A stretch of DNA of 64,000 nt from Octopus vulgaris (GCA_951406725.2 OX597835.1:26846001-26910000); one strand, 5' to 3'. Shown: positions 40,860 through 54,958, counted from the stretch's first letter. The notes: generated by a model not told the origin, from the letters alone. A program made the numbers and translations.

Positions 40860-40863
<4 letters not shown>
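40304..40863 (-). mobile_element. ~560-bp non-autonomous element embedded in (TAA)n
   Basis: Complex non-coding block with (TTA)n on both sides. Orientation and a link to R4/Dong-type targeting are inferred. Confidence 0.6.
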
Positions 40864-40930
<67 letters not shown>

Positions 40931-40931
<1 letters not shown>

Positions 40932-41150
40932 GGCAGCGAGATGGCAGAATCGCTAGCATGCTGGACGAAATGCTTAGCAGTATTTCACTCGTTGCTATGT
41001 TCTGAATTCAAATTCCACCGAGGTCGACTTTGCTTTTCATCCTTTCGGAGTTGACAAATTAAGTACCAGTGGAACACTGGGGGCTATGTAATCGATTTGT
41101 CCCCTCCCCCACAGTCCAGGCCTTGTGCCTCTAGTAGAAAGGTTTACTAT
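40931..41150 (+). mobile_element. SINE family A monomer with (ATT) tail
   Basis: ggcagcgagatggcagaatcg...ggccttgtgcctctagtagaaagg. Confidence 0.85.
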
Positions 41151-41678
41151 TATTACAAGCAGGACCCCTGAATATTTCACGAAATTAATGGTAAACCCAT
41201 TGGGTTATTTCTGAAAACTTTATCCAAGAAACTTGAAAGTGTAGATTGTGTTGTGTCTGTGTGGAAAGAGAGTTGTTCATCTGCTAATCATTAAAATATG
41301 GAAGAAATTGGAAAACGATGCACTATATATATTTTATATACAATTTTCATAGACTTAATACACAGTATTCTCCCCCCTTCTCTCACACTCTTCGCCTTAC
41401 CCTCTTTTTCTCTCTTCTTTTTCTGTCCTTCTGCGCCTTTCCCTTCAACTAATTACGTGAAAGCGTTACAGACGGGCTAAGTAACCGAGGGAAAATAAAC
41501 TTGGATTAAAAATTAAAAATTACACATTTCACTCACCCTCACCTCTCCCCCCACCTTACTTTTTCTCCTCCCCCACCCGTCCTAATCATCTCCTCCTTCT
41601 CCCTTCAACTAATCATGCGGAAATGTTAAGGACATGGTTAACCAACGGAGTGACAAGCAGAATTATTATAATATTAAT

Positions 41679-41880
41679 TGGCAGAATCGTTAGCACGCCG
41701 GACAAACTGCTTAGCGGCATTTAATCCGTTTTTACGTTCTGAGTTCAAATAGTGCAGAGGACGACTTTGCTTTCCATCGTTTCGGTATCGATAAAAATAT
41801 GTACCAGTTGAGCAAAGAGGTCGATACAATAGACATACACCCCTCCTTAACTTTGTAGCTTTCTGCCAAAATTTGAAATA
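41679..41880 (+). mobile_element. SINE family A, diverged
   Basis: ggcagaatcgttagcacgccgg...gagttcaaat. Confidence 0.75.
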
Positions 41881-42373
41881 ATTACAACCTAGCTGCTATT
41901 TCTAGCATATCTAGTAATCACGTGAAACTGTAGGTTCTGCATCACAGTGTCCGTCTCCTGGAAGGATGTTGTTACAAGAGCCAGACGTCGGTGGGTTTGC
42001 TGACGGTGGGTTTACTGCGCGCCACGACACTAACCAAGGGTATTTTTGCATCCTCACGCACAAAAGGATTGGCATTCCATATGCTAGTTAAACCATACAT
42101 GCACACACACACACAAGCTTATAAGCTGACATTTAGCTCAAAGATGGCTCACTCTCATTGACTGACTGTCAAAGCAACGTTTCATTCTACCTCTGTCCCA
42201 ATTGAATATATGGTCTAAGACGAATGAGTTATAATTTTAACTAAGTTATGTTTTTTTAACCAATAAATAGATAGTCCACTATTACGAAATAAAAGGCGAA
42301 TATCGTTATATCTATCTATATGTCTATCTATCTATCTTTCTATCTATCAATCTATCTATCTATTTATCTCTGA

Positions 42374-42446
<73 letters not shown>

Positions 42447-42647
42447 TGTGTGTGTAAATACAAAATGGGACGAGAACGCAAAACATCCAGAACACGATAC
42501 AAAAAACACGGACGAGTCATTCGAAGCCTTTAATCTTCAGTCAAGAACCGGATCATCCTCGCAATTTCGGATGATTAATCTTGATTATATATATATATAT
42601 ATATGGTAGAAAGTATGGTAGGTGGTTACACGTAGTTGACTATACAA

Positions 42648-43517
42648 GGAAAGAGATAAGATGAAAAGACGCTGAAGATTTATTTTACACGACTAAAGAA
42701 TAAATTAGAATCATAATACTAAAAGTATTATACAATATTATACAAAATAAGACTTTTTCCTCTAACATGATAACCGGTTTTGCTATCGCTTTTCAAATTG
42801 TGAGTTGTGGATGAAATTCTGCATTAGATATTTTGTTTGCTAGGGGGATAATTGGGAACTAAGGCATTTTTCAGTAAAGGGGAGGAAAATCTGTAATTTT
42901 TAAAAATTGGTCTACATTTGATTCTTACAATAGATGGGGTAAATCGTTAATTTTCAATATGGGTTTATATTTAATTCAGACTTATATTTTTCGGTAAATG
43001 AGGCCTCTTTATTTAGTCGTACTTATGTTGAGATCCAAATAGCAAATTGATATAATGGGAAGGTTAAGAATTGTGGTTACGGTTGTTCTGCACATCTGTC
43101 AATGTGTTCACTGAGATATATCTGTCGATATTTTGGGGAGGATATCTGTTGCCTGTGGACTGTAAATCTTCGTCTGACCGACATTCCTGTCGACCCTATA
43201 TAGTTTTATGGCAGCCTGCGGGCTTTACCCCAACTATTCTAAGAATAAATGTAGGCCAATATCAAAAACTATAGATTTACTTCCCATTTACTGAAAAAAT
43301 ACCTTCATTACCAATTATACCCCCTAGCAAACAAAATGTCTAATTTAGAATTTTATCCAAAGCTCACAACTTGAAAAGCGAAAGAAAAACCGGTTATCAT
43401 GTTAGAGGAAAAAAATCTTATCTAGTATAATATTGTATAATAGTTTTACTATTATGATTCTAATATATTCTTTAGTCTTATAAAACCAATCTGTGTCTTT
43501 TTATCTTATCCCTTTCC
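42648..43517 (-). mobile_element. Penelope-like 3' fragment: GIY-YIG remnant between ~295-bp inverted terminal repeats
   Basis: Arms 42648-42943 and 43224-43517. The spacer on the minus strand reads NYIGSTGMSVRRRFTVHRQQISSPKYRQIYLSEHIDRCA...FPLYQ. Confidence 0.85.
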
Positions 43518-43595
43518 ATATATATATATATATATATATATATAAAGGCGGTGCTCCAGCATGGCAGCAGTCAAATGACTGAAACAAATAAAAGA

Positions 43596-43645
<50 letters not shown>

Positions 43646-43665
43646 AGAGAGAGAGAGAGAGAGAG

Positions 43666-43726
<61 letters not shown>

Positions 43727-43778
43727 CACACACACACGCACACACATATATATACATATACACACACACACACAAGTG

Positions 43779-44058
43779 AAGGCGCGTGGATTGGTTAGGG
43801 CATTTCGTTCACAATCGTGAAGTCGTGAGTTCAATTCCCGGCGCTGTATTGCGTCCCTGGGCAAGGCACTTAATTTCACTTTGCTCCAGTCCACTCATCT
43901 GCGTAATATCTGTCTTTCAAAGGCCAACCTTGTCACACTCTGTTTCACGTTGAACCTCCTTGAGAACTACGTTAAGCCACTTGCACGTTAATTTCACGAG
44001 CAAGGTGTTCTGCTGATCGTATCAGCTAGGACGCGCGTCGTCGTAACCGATGGAGTGC
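43779..44058 (+). mobile_element. SINE family D, tail type 1
   Basis: Collinear with 56944-57260. Confidence 0.85.
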
Positions 44059-44308
44059 TCTCTCCATATACGTATATATAATCTTTTTTCCTTTACTGTT
44101 TCAGTCATTGGACTGCCTCCATGATGGGACACTGCCTTGAAGGTTTCTCGTTGAACAAAGGGGCTCTAGTATCTAGGTTTTATTTTTAAATTCCGGTACT
44201 TACTCTTTCAGTCTCTTTTTCCGAACCGCTAGTTAGGGGAACGTAAACAAATGAACACCGGTCTCCTAGCTGTTGGACAGAGTAACAGATGCAGATACAA
44301 TGTCACTA

Positions 44309-44430
<122 letters not shown>

Positions 44431-44435
44431 GTATG

Positions 44436-44471
<36 letters not shown>

Positions 44472-44934
44472 TAGATACATACATATATGCACATACATAC
44501 ATATATATATGTATATACACATGCATATATGGGTACAGGACGTCATAGAACGTAAACAACATAAAATATGAAAACAAGGAATACGAACACTTTTTGCGAA
44601 CAACGAAAGAGACATGGAAAACAAGATAAACAACATAGAGAACGACCATTCATCAATTGTCGACTGTTTTTCTACTCCGTATCTCGAGCAATGCGCGTGT
44701 ATGCGTTATATGACGAGCTTTCACAAAGTTTTTCGTGTACCAAAGTCACTCACAAAGTATTGGTTGTGCCGGAGTCATGGAGGTACTTCGCAATGGAATC
44801 GTACCCGAAATCATATGGCACAAAGCGAGTCTCTTAACCACACATTTGTGTGTGTTCGTGTGTGCGTGTGTGTGTGTTTGCGTGTGTGTGTGTGTGTGCC
44901 TGTGTGTTTGCGTGTGTGTGTGTGCCTGTGTGTT

Positions 44935-45125
44935 TGTATACATACATACATACACACACTCACACATACATACATACATACATACATACATACATACATA
45001 CACACACACATACATACATACATACATGCATACATACATACATACATACACACATACATACATATATACATACATACATACACACATACATACATATATA
45101 CATACATACATACATACATACGCAC

Positions 45126-45162
<37 letters not shown>

Positions 45163-45203
45163 TACATACATACATACATACATACACACACACATACATA
45201 CAT

Positions 45204-45234
<31 letters not shown>

Positions 45235-45455
45235 TACATACATACACACACACATACATACATACATACATACATACACACACACATACATACATACATA
45301 CATACACACACACACATACATACATACACACACACATACATACATACATACATACATACATACATACATACATACACACACACACATACATACATACATA
45401 CATACATACATACATTCATACATACATACATACATACATACACACATACATACAT
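44935..45455. repeat. (TACA)n/(CA)n microsatellite
   Basis: Seen directly. Confidence 0.97.
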
Positions 45456-46009
45456 ATATGATGGCTGCAAACTCGTGTTCGAGTATTGCCATCACCTGAT
45501 CGAAAGTCCCACACATGCGAAGGCTACGACCAGCCATTTTTTGTGATAGGTCTTACTTTTTTTTCTCAAGCGATGTCTGTGCATGATGATTTTTTTTCCT
45601 GGGGAAAGGATTTGCACGAATCCAATCCCACTCTTTGAACACGGACAGCATAAACTCGAAAAGAAGAACCAGTCTAAATCATCGAATGTTACAGGTTTTT
45701 TCTCAGCATTGTGACAACAACTGAAGGGCCTCCCACTCCCAGGGGGCCAATCACACACCTGGACACCAACCCATGTATTTCCACGTCCCCACGCATACAT
45801 ACATGCATACATACACATGTACACAAATCGTTGGATGGTCGTTGACTGCTCATGAGTTCTTCCACTCTTTGACAGGTCTTATTTTTCGCCCATACGTATA
45901 ACTTCTTTAAATACGGGACGGAAAGGAAAAAAATACATACTGGCGTAAGATACTTCCGTTTACTTAAATATATCTTTTGTTCTGAAGCTTTAAACTTTTC
46001 CCTGATATT

Positions 46010-46412
46010 ACTCTCTTTTACTTGTTTCAGCCATTTGACTGCGACCATGCTGGAGCACCGCCTTTAGTCGTGCAAATCGACTCCGGGACTTATTCTTTGT
46101 AAGAATAAGGGACTTATTCTATCGGTCTTTTTTGCCGAACCGCTAAGTGCTGGGGACGTAAACACACCAGCATCGGTTGTCAAGCAATGCTGGGGGACAA
46201 ACACAGACACACAAACACACACATACATATATATATATACATATATACGACAGGCTTCTTTCAGTTTCCGTGTACCAAATCCACTCATAAGGCATTGGTC
46301 GGCCCGGGGCTATAGCAGAAGACACTTGCCCAAGATGCCACGCAGTGGGACTGAACCCGGAACCATGTGGTTGGTTAGCAAGCTACTTACCACACAGCCA
46401 CTCCTGCGCCTA
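46010..46412 (-). mobile_element. SINE family B, full length
   Basis: Near-consensus copy with a small internal duplication (gggacttattct). Confidence 0.9.
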
Positions 46413-46937
46413 TACGGTATTCATTGTTTGTATAACTTTCTTTAATTATGTATTCTTTTGTAGAACAAATGAAAAGATTTATTTGAATTACTTTCAGGAA
46501 CGCATGACTTTCAAAACAATTTGCCAGCGATGTCATCTGCATAGAGACAAAATCCATTAAACTCTGGGCAATAAACACTGCAGAATTTATCACATTCCAT
46601 AGCATATCATGAATATGAACATCTTTTAATATATGCGTGATGCTCAACTTACTGTCGTATGTAATACTCTTTGGACTCAAATTCTAAAAGTAACGTCAAT
46701 ACAAATTTAAACACATCAAATACGTGGAATGTATGTTGCGTCTATAAGTTTATTAAACGTAATTTGTAGTATATATCTTTTTAAATAGCACCATTTTTGA
46801 CGACACGGGTGTACTATTACATATACATAAGCACAAATGTATAGGTCTGTGCGTATACATACACACATATATACGTGTATACATATATATGGATATATTT
46901 ATGTGTACATATTATACGTATGTAAACGCACGTACAG

Positions 46938-46999
<62 letters not shown>

Positions 47000-47398
47000 T
47001 TATATACACACAAGTAAATATAGAATTTTGAATTTATATTTCGTTTTGGGATTTGGTTTGCAAGATTCTTTATATGAGTTTGTGTGTTGAAGCATATTCT
47101 GTTGTGTCTGGGGAGAGTCACTTTCTTTTTGCGCCTTATAATGTAACACACTCACCGGTAAAATTTCCACTTATTTCTTATTTTCCGTTGCGTCTTGCAA
47201 CCTTTTCAATAGTCTTGACTCTGTCCATAAATCACATATATTTGTATATGAATGTTTGTAAATATAAGCACATATATATATAAATATATATGTGTGTGTG
47301 AATATATATATATATATATATATATTCTTTTATTCTTTTATGTTTCACTCCAATGACTGTAGCCGTACTGGAGCACACACACACACGCGCGCTCGCGC

Positions 47399-47466
<68 letters not shown>

Positions 47467-47524
47467 ACATTTATGTATTAAGAATCTGGGTACTTTACCA
47501 CCCATAACCCCTACCTTACTTTGC

Positions 47525-47569
<45 letters not shown>

Positions 47570-47572
<3 letters not shown>

Positions 47573-47798
47573 GGAGTAAACACATAAATGTGAAACAAGG
47601 TGGAAAAAAGAGTACTCAAATACCAGTGGTAGAGTAATATGCTTTATTTTAAGCAGCAGAAAATTCAATAAAATCTGTTACTCTGAGTTTCTTGTTGCCG
47701 TTCGTCAGACAGTTTTTTCTAGCAAAAACTGTCTGACGAACGGCAACGAGAAACTCAGAGTAACAGATTTTGTTGAATTTTCTGCTGCTTAAAATAAA

Positions 47799-47799
<1 letters not shown>
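47570..47799. mobile_element. PLE-like terminal repeat fold-back with two hammerhead motifs
   Basis: ~75-bp arms 47642-47716 and 47724-47799. Plus copy: CTGT-CTGACGA-ACG(GCAA)CGA-GAAA-CTCAGAG-TA-ACAG (47729-47766). Confidence 0.75.
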
Positions 47800-47835
<36 letters not shown>

Positions 47836-47854
47836 TACACACAAGCACACACAT

Positions 47855-47921
<67 letters not shown>

Positions 47922-48547
47922 CACATACATATACACAGACAGCCAGCCAGATAGACACACACACACGCACACACACATATATATATATATATATACACAT
48001 GCACACATACTAACGTGTATGTGTTGGTTTCCGTATGTATGCATGTTTGTGTGCTTGCCTGTCTGACTGTCTGACTGTCTGACGGTCTGTCTGTATGTAT
48101 GCATCATGAAACAGCATGACAGCGTCACAGCATGATACATCCTTCCTTAAAGGCAAAAGCAAAACCATGTTATACGCGTCTCGATAGATACAAACGAGAT
48201 AGAGTTACAGCCACCATCCCGAAGTGAAAACCCCGTACCATGCTAATGTCTCCTTCATCCACCATCACCACCACCACCACCACCGCCATCGCTGCCACCG
48301 CACCCTCCGATCTCTACTTCCTGCAAAGATGTATCACTTTACCGGAAATAACTTTCGCTGGATTTTGGAGCAAACTGCGTTACCGTAAACTCAAGTAGTG
48401 ACTTCACGCTCTCCTCGCTAACTTTATTCTATACGCTGGTATGAAGGTGTTCCTTCGACGTCGTATGGCTTACAAAATATAGCAGCCAAAAGTCTTCATT
48501 AATTCCCCAGGATAAAGGAAGGGCAGAGTTTTATGTAAGTATATATA

Positions 48548-48660
48548 TCAAAATAAGCAACAAGGATATCCAAAGGTAGTGTAGCACAATCGTTTCATGC
48601 TACTTCATTTGAAACGATTGTACTACACTACCTTTGGATATCCTTGTGGGTTATTTTGAT
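48548..48660. repeat. Fold-back inverted repeat (~50-bp arms)
   Basis: caaggatatccaaaggtagtgtagcacaatcgtttca versus tgaaacgattgtactacactacctttggatatccttg. Confidence 0.85.
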
Positions 48661-49025
48661 TATAATCACCCCATTTGATTGATAGACGTCAAATCACCAT
48701 TACCACGAAGAATGTGTTCTCAAGAAAAATCTCAGCAAAAAAAAAAAAAAAAAATGTAAAAATAAGTAAGTCAAATGAAAATATACGAAATAAAAAACGA
48801 TTACCTATGTACCATTGGTTTCACTTGTTAATATTTACGTATATGGACACACAAACATCTGCAAGAACATCAGCATAGTCTGTCGTTTACAAAACATAAT
48901 TATCCAGAACTAGATACAGAACGCTCAACCGAAATCCAGTATGTATAAAGTTCTTCAATTTATATTTAAGTGTATCTTTCAAATGTCTTCACTTCGGCGC
49001 ACTGAGATCGTTTTTTTATTTCGTA

Positions 49026-49408
49026 CTAGCAGTATCGCCCGGCGTTGCTCAGGTTTGTAAGGGAAATAACTATAAAGCATTTTTAGAGAGTTATAGCCAA
49101 AAAATAGCAAAAGAAGGGAAAAAAAATGATGGTAAATTTTTTTGAGAGTTAAAAAAGGTGGAGTTGCGTCCCCTAGACGGTCTGTGGTTTGGGTTTCTGA
49201 TTCTCGACCCCATGTCGAATTTATCGATTTTTTTCAGAACTGGGGGAACTTTTCAAAATTTTCGCTGCGTTAGTTTTGAATTATGACATTGGGCTATGTG
49301 TGTGTCAAGTTTCATCAGAATCGGTTGAAAGCCGTGGTCAGAGTGAGGGTACGAGAAAACAGACACACAGAAAACGCACAGACAAACTGCCGTTTATATA
49401 GAGAGAGA
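49026..49408 (-). mobile_element. Non-autonomous Helitron
   Basis: Minus strand: A|TCtctctctatataaa 5' end and ...gcaacgccgggcgatactgCTAG|T 3' end, with no TSD. Confidence 0.8.
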
Positions 49409-49633
49409 TATTTTCATTTGTCTTGCTTATTTTTACCTTTTTAATCTTCGGATTTTTTAAAAATATGCTAAGCCACTGGTTTTAATTGATTAATATCAAT
49501 TTCTGCCCTTAATTAATTTTATTCATATATATATATAATTATATACATATATATTTATATATGTATGTATTTGTGTGTTTGTAACATATGGTATAATTAT
49601 AAACGGGGCAATTTTTAACCATTTCTCTGCAGA

Positions 49634-49723
<90 letters not shown>

Positions 49724-50021
49724 CAAGAATTACGGAATGGAGCAGGTAAGATCCGCGCTTCAAAGGTTTCATGGCGGGCGCAACCTCAAAAGCAGTATAA
49801 ATCGTAGCGAGGTGTATATCACCGGCTGCTCTCCATGCCAATGATATCTTGATGGAATTAAAGGTTACATTGTCGCAAGGATGTCCATATTGACGCAAGG
49901 AAGATTCAATCAGAATATGTCTGATAGCTGGCGGTATACACCTCGCTTGGATTTTTACCACTTCTTAGGTTCCACCCGCTATGAAACATTTGTAGCCTGG
50001 ATCTTATCTACTCCACGACAC

Positions 50022-50145
50022 CTGATGAAGGCTGGAAGGTATATAAGCCGAAGCGTATTAACAACAAACAAGATGAGGACAAATATCCGTCTAATGTAAA
50101 TAACGTAAATAATGTACATAGTTCCTCATCTCTTAAATATAGAAG
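50022..50145 (+). mobile_element. PLE-like terminal fragment with degenerate hammerhead
   Basis: CTGATGA-A-GGCT(loop)AGCC-GAAG-CG-TA at 50022-50057. Confidence 0.5.
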
Positions 50146-50826
50146 TACAAAACAATGGCCGGTGCTGAGTTGTCAAACCTTTCTTTCTCGTTTTTTTTTT
50201 ATTTGAAGATAAATATAACAGCAAAACAGCGAGGAAATCGGTTGAAATAAAGAAATGGCACCAGGCATTTGGCGAAATAAAAGAGCGTGTATCTTCTGTA
50301 GCCCACGTGGTCAGAATGACCAAGCGGAACGATTTTATGAAGACCTGGAGGGGGGCGGGCGAATTCTTTGAAGCAGCAAATATTGAAAAAGAAGTTGCAG
50401 AGATGCGGTAACAGAGATGAAAACCAGAGGAATGGAGAAATATTATCCAGGCTGGTAAACATAGTTTTATATTTAGCTCAACATGGAATTCTTCTGTTTG
50501 AAAAGCCAAAGAAGTTTAAAGAGAGATGACTTTCCTTGAACACAGGTCCAAATGTTTGTTCAATATGGCGGTGTCATCAAACAATATTTAGACATGAATC
50601 ACTCACAAACGTATACATATACATACATGTATACACACGTATGCATACACTTTCACACACACACACACGTACTTACACATATAAACACACACACATAATT
50701 AAAGCTACAAAAACATCACAAAAAACTCATGTTCTTGCGGCTGTAATAAAAATAAGCATATTACTCTACCTCCGGTATTCGAGTACTATTTCTTCCACCT
50801 TGTTTTGCATTTATGTGCTTACGGTG

Positions 50827-50884
<58 letters not shown>

Positions 50885-50926
50885 TGTAGTTTCAGCTCAG
50901 AGCTGCGGCCATGCTGATGCACTGCC

Positions 50927-50980
<54 letters not shown>

Positions 50981-51126
50981 CATGTATGTATGTATGTATG
51001 TATGTATGTATGCATGAAATTCTTTTTGGAATCGTATATCTCGAAGCGCACACATACAGTTATAAATGATAGCCAGTAAGTAGAGATTTATGCGTGTGTT
51101 TCGATATATATTATTCCCCGAAAAAT

Positions 51127-51173
<47 letters not shown>

Positions 51174-51566
51174 GCACACACACACACACACATATATATT
51201 CAACTAAAGGTTGAAATATATTTCCATTTTCTCGATTTTCTTTATATATATATGTGTGTATATATATATATACATACACGTAATTTGCCTGAAGAGCTTG
51301 CACACTCACAGAGGAAACTCAGAATATTAAGAACAACAGACTGACTCGATCAAAATACAATGCGTTATTAACTTCTGCTATGGTATTAAGTACTTTCTTT
51401 TCCCCACATTCAACGCTAAACGTGAATGTAGCTGGCCGAAACTTCCAAGACACAGCAATAATGAATCTGTACTCTAACAAATGTATTGAGTGATCCTTCA
51501 GGCTAGAGTGGAAGACACTTGCCCGGGAAGCAAGCATCTTATCACACAGCCACTCCTGTTCCTATG

Positions 51567-51613
<47 letters not shown>

Positions 51614-51651
51614 ATATATGTATATATATACATATGTATATATGTATTTAT

Positions 51652-51712
<61 letters not shown>

Positions 51713-52967
51713 CAGATAGATAGATAGAAATTGAGGAAATTTTAAGTTAAAGACGGGCACGATAAACGCAAAGAAATTTCCTGGAAAGGTTTCTTCATAC
51801 TTGACGAACGCTTGAAGCCAGCTGAAAGAAATTGTTTCTATTTAATTCCATTTGGTTTTTCGTTCCCAATCTCTGTAGATATTTTTGTCGAATCAAATGG
51901 TCGCCACAAGACAGGATGAATCCTAAAGCCGCTCCAGGGTTTAATTAAGCAATTACATTTTGAAATTATATAGGAAACTGGTGACAAGGGGCCAAAGTCC
52001 GAAATCTAAATATTAACTCGAAGATGCTTGGTTCTGAAGAAGACGGTGACAAACTTTTCAACAACAAAACAAGCAGAAAAACCTGATACACTTTCACGTT
52101 GATACCCTTATACACTCGGCCAGAAAATAGACCCGAGATCCATTCTTAACTGTATCGAAAGGAAAGATACCTATCTTGTCTTCCTAATTATGTATGAGAT
52201 GCTTGAAATTTACGCAACACTTGCATGGATTATGCAACAGCAACGATACAGCAGCCCAGCCATTTTTCAAAGTCGAAATTATTTATGCACAACCTGCGTC
52301 GCCCGCGCGTGGAGAGGAGAAAGATTCCATGTTTCAAATTGCTTAGCACTGAGCAAAATAAACAAAAATAGGCAAAAATAAAATAAAATAAAATAAATGT
52401 CCCTGTAAATAATAAAGAAACGATAAATATTTTCTATTGTATGACCAACAGGAGAATGCTTTTATGATTTATTAAAAGTATGTTGGCTTTCTAATCTTTC
52501 ATTCCAAAAATTCATTGCTGATGAGTGGGAATTTTAATTTTTACTTTTCTGCTTTCCCTGAGAAGAGTCAATATTTTTCTATTGATACTTAAGAGCAGTA
52601 GCCATCATTATAAATTGCCCACAGTAAAAATATACACACACACACACACGCACACTCGCATACACTCACACATACTCTTACACGCATACACACACATGTA
52701 TATATATGTATGTACGTATGTGTATATATATACATGTATATGTACGTGTATATATGTATATATATATATATATATATATGCATGCACACACACGCACACA
52801 CACGCATACACACACACACGCACACACACACTCTTACGCACATACACAGACACACACACATATATATACATGCACACACACACGCACACACATATTTAAT
52901 TCATAGTTGCATTATTCACTGTTTCAGTGTGTATATGTATATATATATATTAGAGGAAAAGAGCAAC

Positions 52968-53007
<40 letters not shown>

Positions 53008-53645
53008 ACGGTAAGAAAACTGTAATTTATATGATGAGCGCAAGATAAAAGTCAATATAAGTAAAATTTAATAATAACTGTAAATAAACTCTAATATTTC
53101 AATATCTTTTGAAAATTTTGCATTAAAATAGAATGAAAAACAACGTGGTTTCTGACAACACATTCTTCTTTATTTTTTCTTTAATCAGCTTTAATATATA
53201 AAAATAATGCAGCGAATATAAAGAAATATGAGAATAGTTTGAACGTACAATTTTAACACGCACACAAACACACACCACAAATACACACACGTATGTATAT
53301 ATATATATATATATATATATGAATAAATATATATATATGTAAACAGATTTAGCGGTTATGGTAGCCGACCAAGGGATAAAATATTCGTATATACTATCGG
53401 TATCCCGATACCTGTATTAACCCCGGGCAATGGTATGCAGGCACACCATACACGTAGAGTGCAGACAGTAACAGGATAAACAAGAGTTTATCGGGAACCA
53501 ATGGAAATAATTAGAAAATGGAGAAAATGGTTTTCTTCATTTTCTAATTATATATATATATATATATATATATAATTAGAAAATGATTGATTGATTGATT
53601 GATTGTAGTTTCAGCTTATGAGCTGTGGCCATGCTGGTGCACCGC

Positions 53646-53683
<38 letters not shown>

Positions 53684-53872
53684 AGAGATAATGGTGTCAT
53701 TGAGACCCAAAGGTGTCAGGTAATGCTGAATAAGTGCTCTATAGACAGACCATAGTTAAGTTCCAGATTTGGTAATTTTGCGAATAAGGGGTTCAACTTT
53801 GGTTTTATGTCAGCGTGTGTATATAAGAATTTTTCTTATTACGCAAAAAATTCTTTTATATATATATATATC

Positions 53873-54168
53873 ATCGTGATCACCGTCACCGACCAGGATA
53901 TCAGATGTTGCTACACATCGCTGGTCACAATGCGCAGCGCATTGTTTTAGCCTTCAAATGACGCCACCCCGCTGGCTAAGCGAGCAGGCCAACAGAAGAA
54001 AGAGTGAGAGAAAATTGTGGCGAAAAAGTACAGCTGGGATCGCCACCATCCCCTGAAGCCTTAGGTGTTTTCGCTCAATAAACACTCACAAGGCCCGGTC
54101 TGGGAATCGAACCGCGATCCTACTACCGCGAGTCCGCTGCCCTAACCCCTGGACCATTGCGCCTCCAC
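53873..54168 (-). mobile_element. SINE family C, tail type 3
   Basis: Head and body as at 10365. The tail ends ...ctggtcggtgacggtgatcacgat. Confidence 0.85.
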
Positions 54169-54459
54169 ACGCACACACACACACACACACACACATGTAT
54201 ATACATATTTCACTTAGACATTGTGAGTCTGATAACCTGGGGTAGAACTCAATATGCATATGTTTCAGAATGAAGCGTTAATCGAGTATAGAGCGGTAAT
54301 TAGATGAGATGACGAAGGAATAAATGATTACCTTATGAGCATTTCATTGGCTAACAGTTGTTTCTGCCATAAACTAACCATTTATTCCTTTGTTATTTTA
54401 TTTTCTTATATGTACGCATATACATATACACACTGATATGTATAAATGTATGTATGTAG

Positions 54460-54665
54460 GGCGGTGAGCTGACGGAACCGTTCGCACGTCGGACAAAATG
54501 TTTAGCGGCATTTCTTCCGGATCTTTACGTTCTATGTTCACAATCCCGCCGAAGTCAACTTTACATTTCGCCCCTTCAGAGTCGATCAAATAAAGTCCCA
54601 ATAAAATACTGGGATCGATGTTGTCGACTTGTCCCCATTCCCCGAAAATTACTGGCCCTGAATTC
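54460..54665 (+). mobile_element. SINE family A, diverged
   Basis: ggcggtgagctgacggaaccgttcgcacgtcgg... Confidence 0.7.
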
Positions 54666-54734
54666 TACAAAACCCAAGTGCTCCGTTCTCCACAATGCTC
54701 TGCTTTCCATGATTTAGACCTCATGGAAATTGTG

Positions 54735-54958
54735 TCACCAGTCTTATGAGTGTTCACCGGTCTTATGAGTGTTCACCGGTCTTATGAGTTTTCACCGGTC
54801 TTATGAGTATTCACCGGTTTTATGAGTATTCACCGGTCTTATGAGTGTTCACCGGTCTTATGAGTGTTCACCGGTCTTATGAGTGTTCATCGGTCTTATG
54901 AGTGTTCACCGGTCTTATGAGTGTTCACCGGTCTTATGAGTGTTCACCGGTCTTATGA
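54735..54958. repeat. 19-bp minisatellite, about 11-12 copies
   Basis: Unit tcaccggtcttatgagtgt. Confidence 0.95.

Noticed and set aside
40790-40863. HDV-like ribozyme at the element's 5' end
   Set aside because: I could not build P1/P1.1 of the nested double pseudoknot by eye; only simple hairpins are evident.
45480-46000. Possible L1/Tx1-like ORF remnant
   Set aside because: The resemblance is too weak to call without a search.
50200-50550. Possible exon (FEDKYNSK...EKEVAEMR)
   Set aside because: It has several in-frame stops and no recognisable motif or splice signals; more likely a decayed transposon ORF.
54735-54958. CRISPR-like regular repeat
   Set aside because: The units are contiguous with no spacers, there are no cas genes, and the context is eukaryotic.
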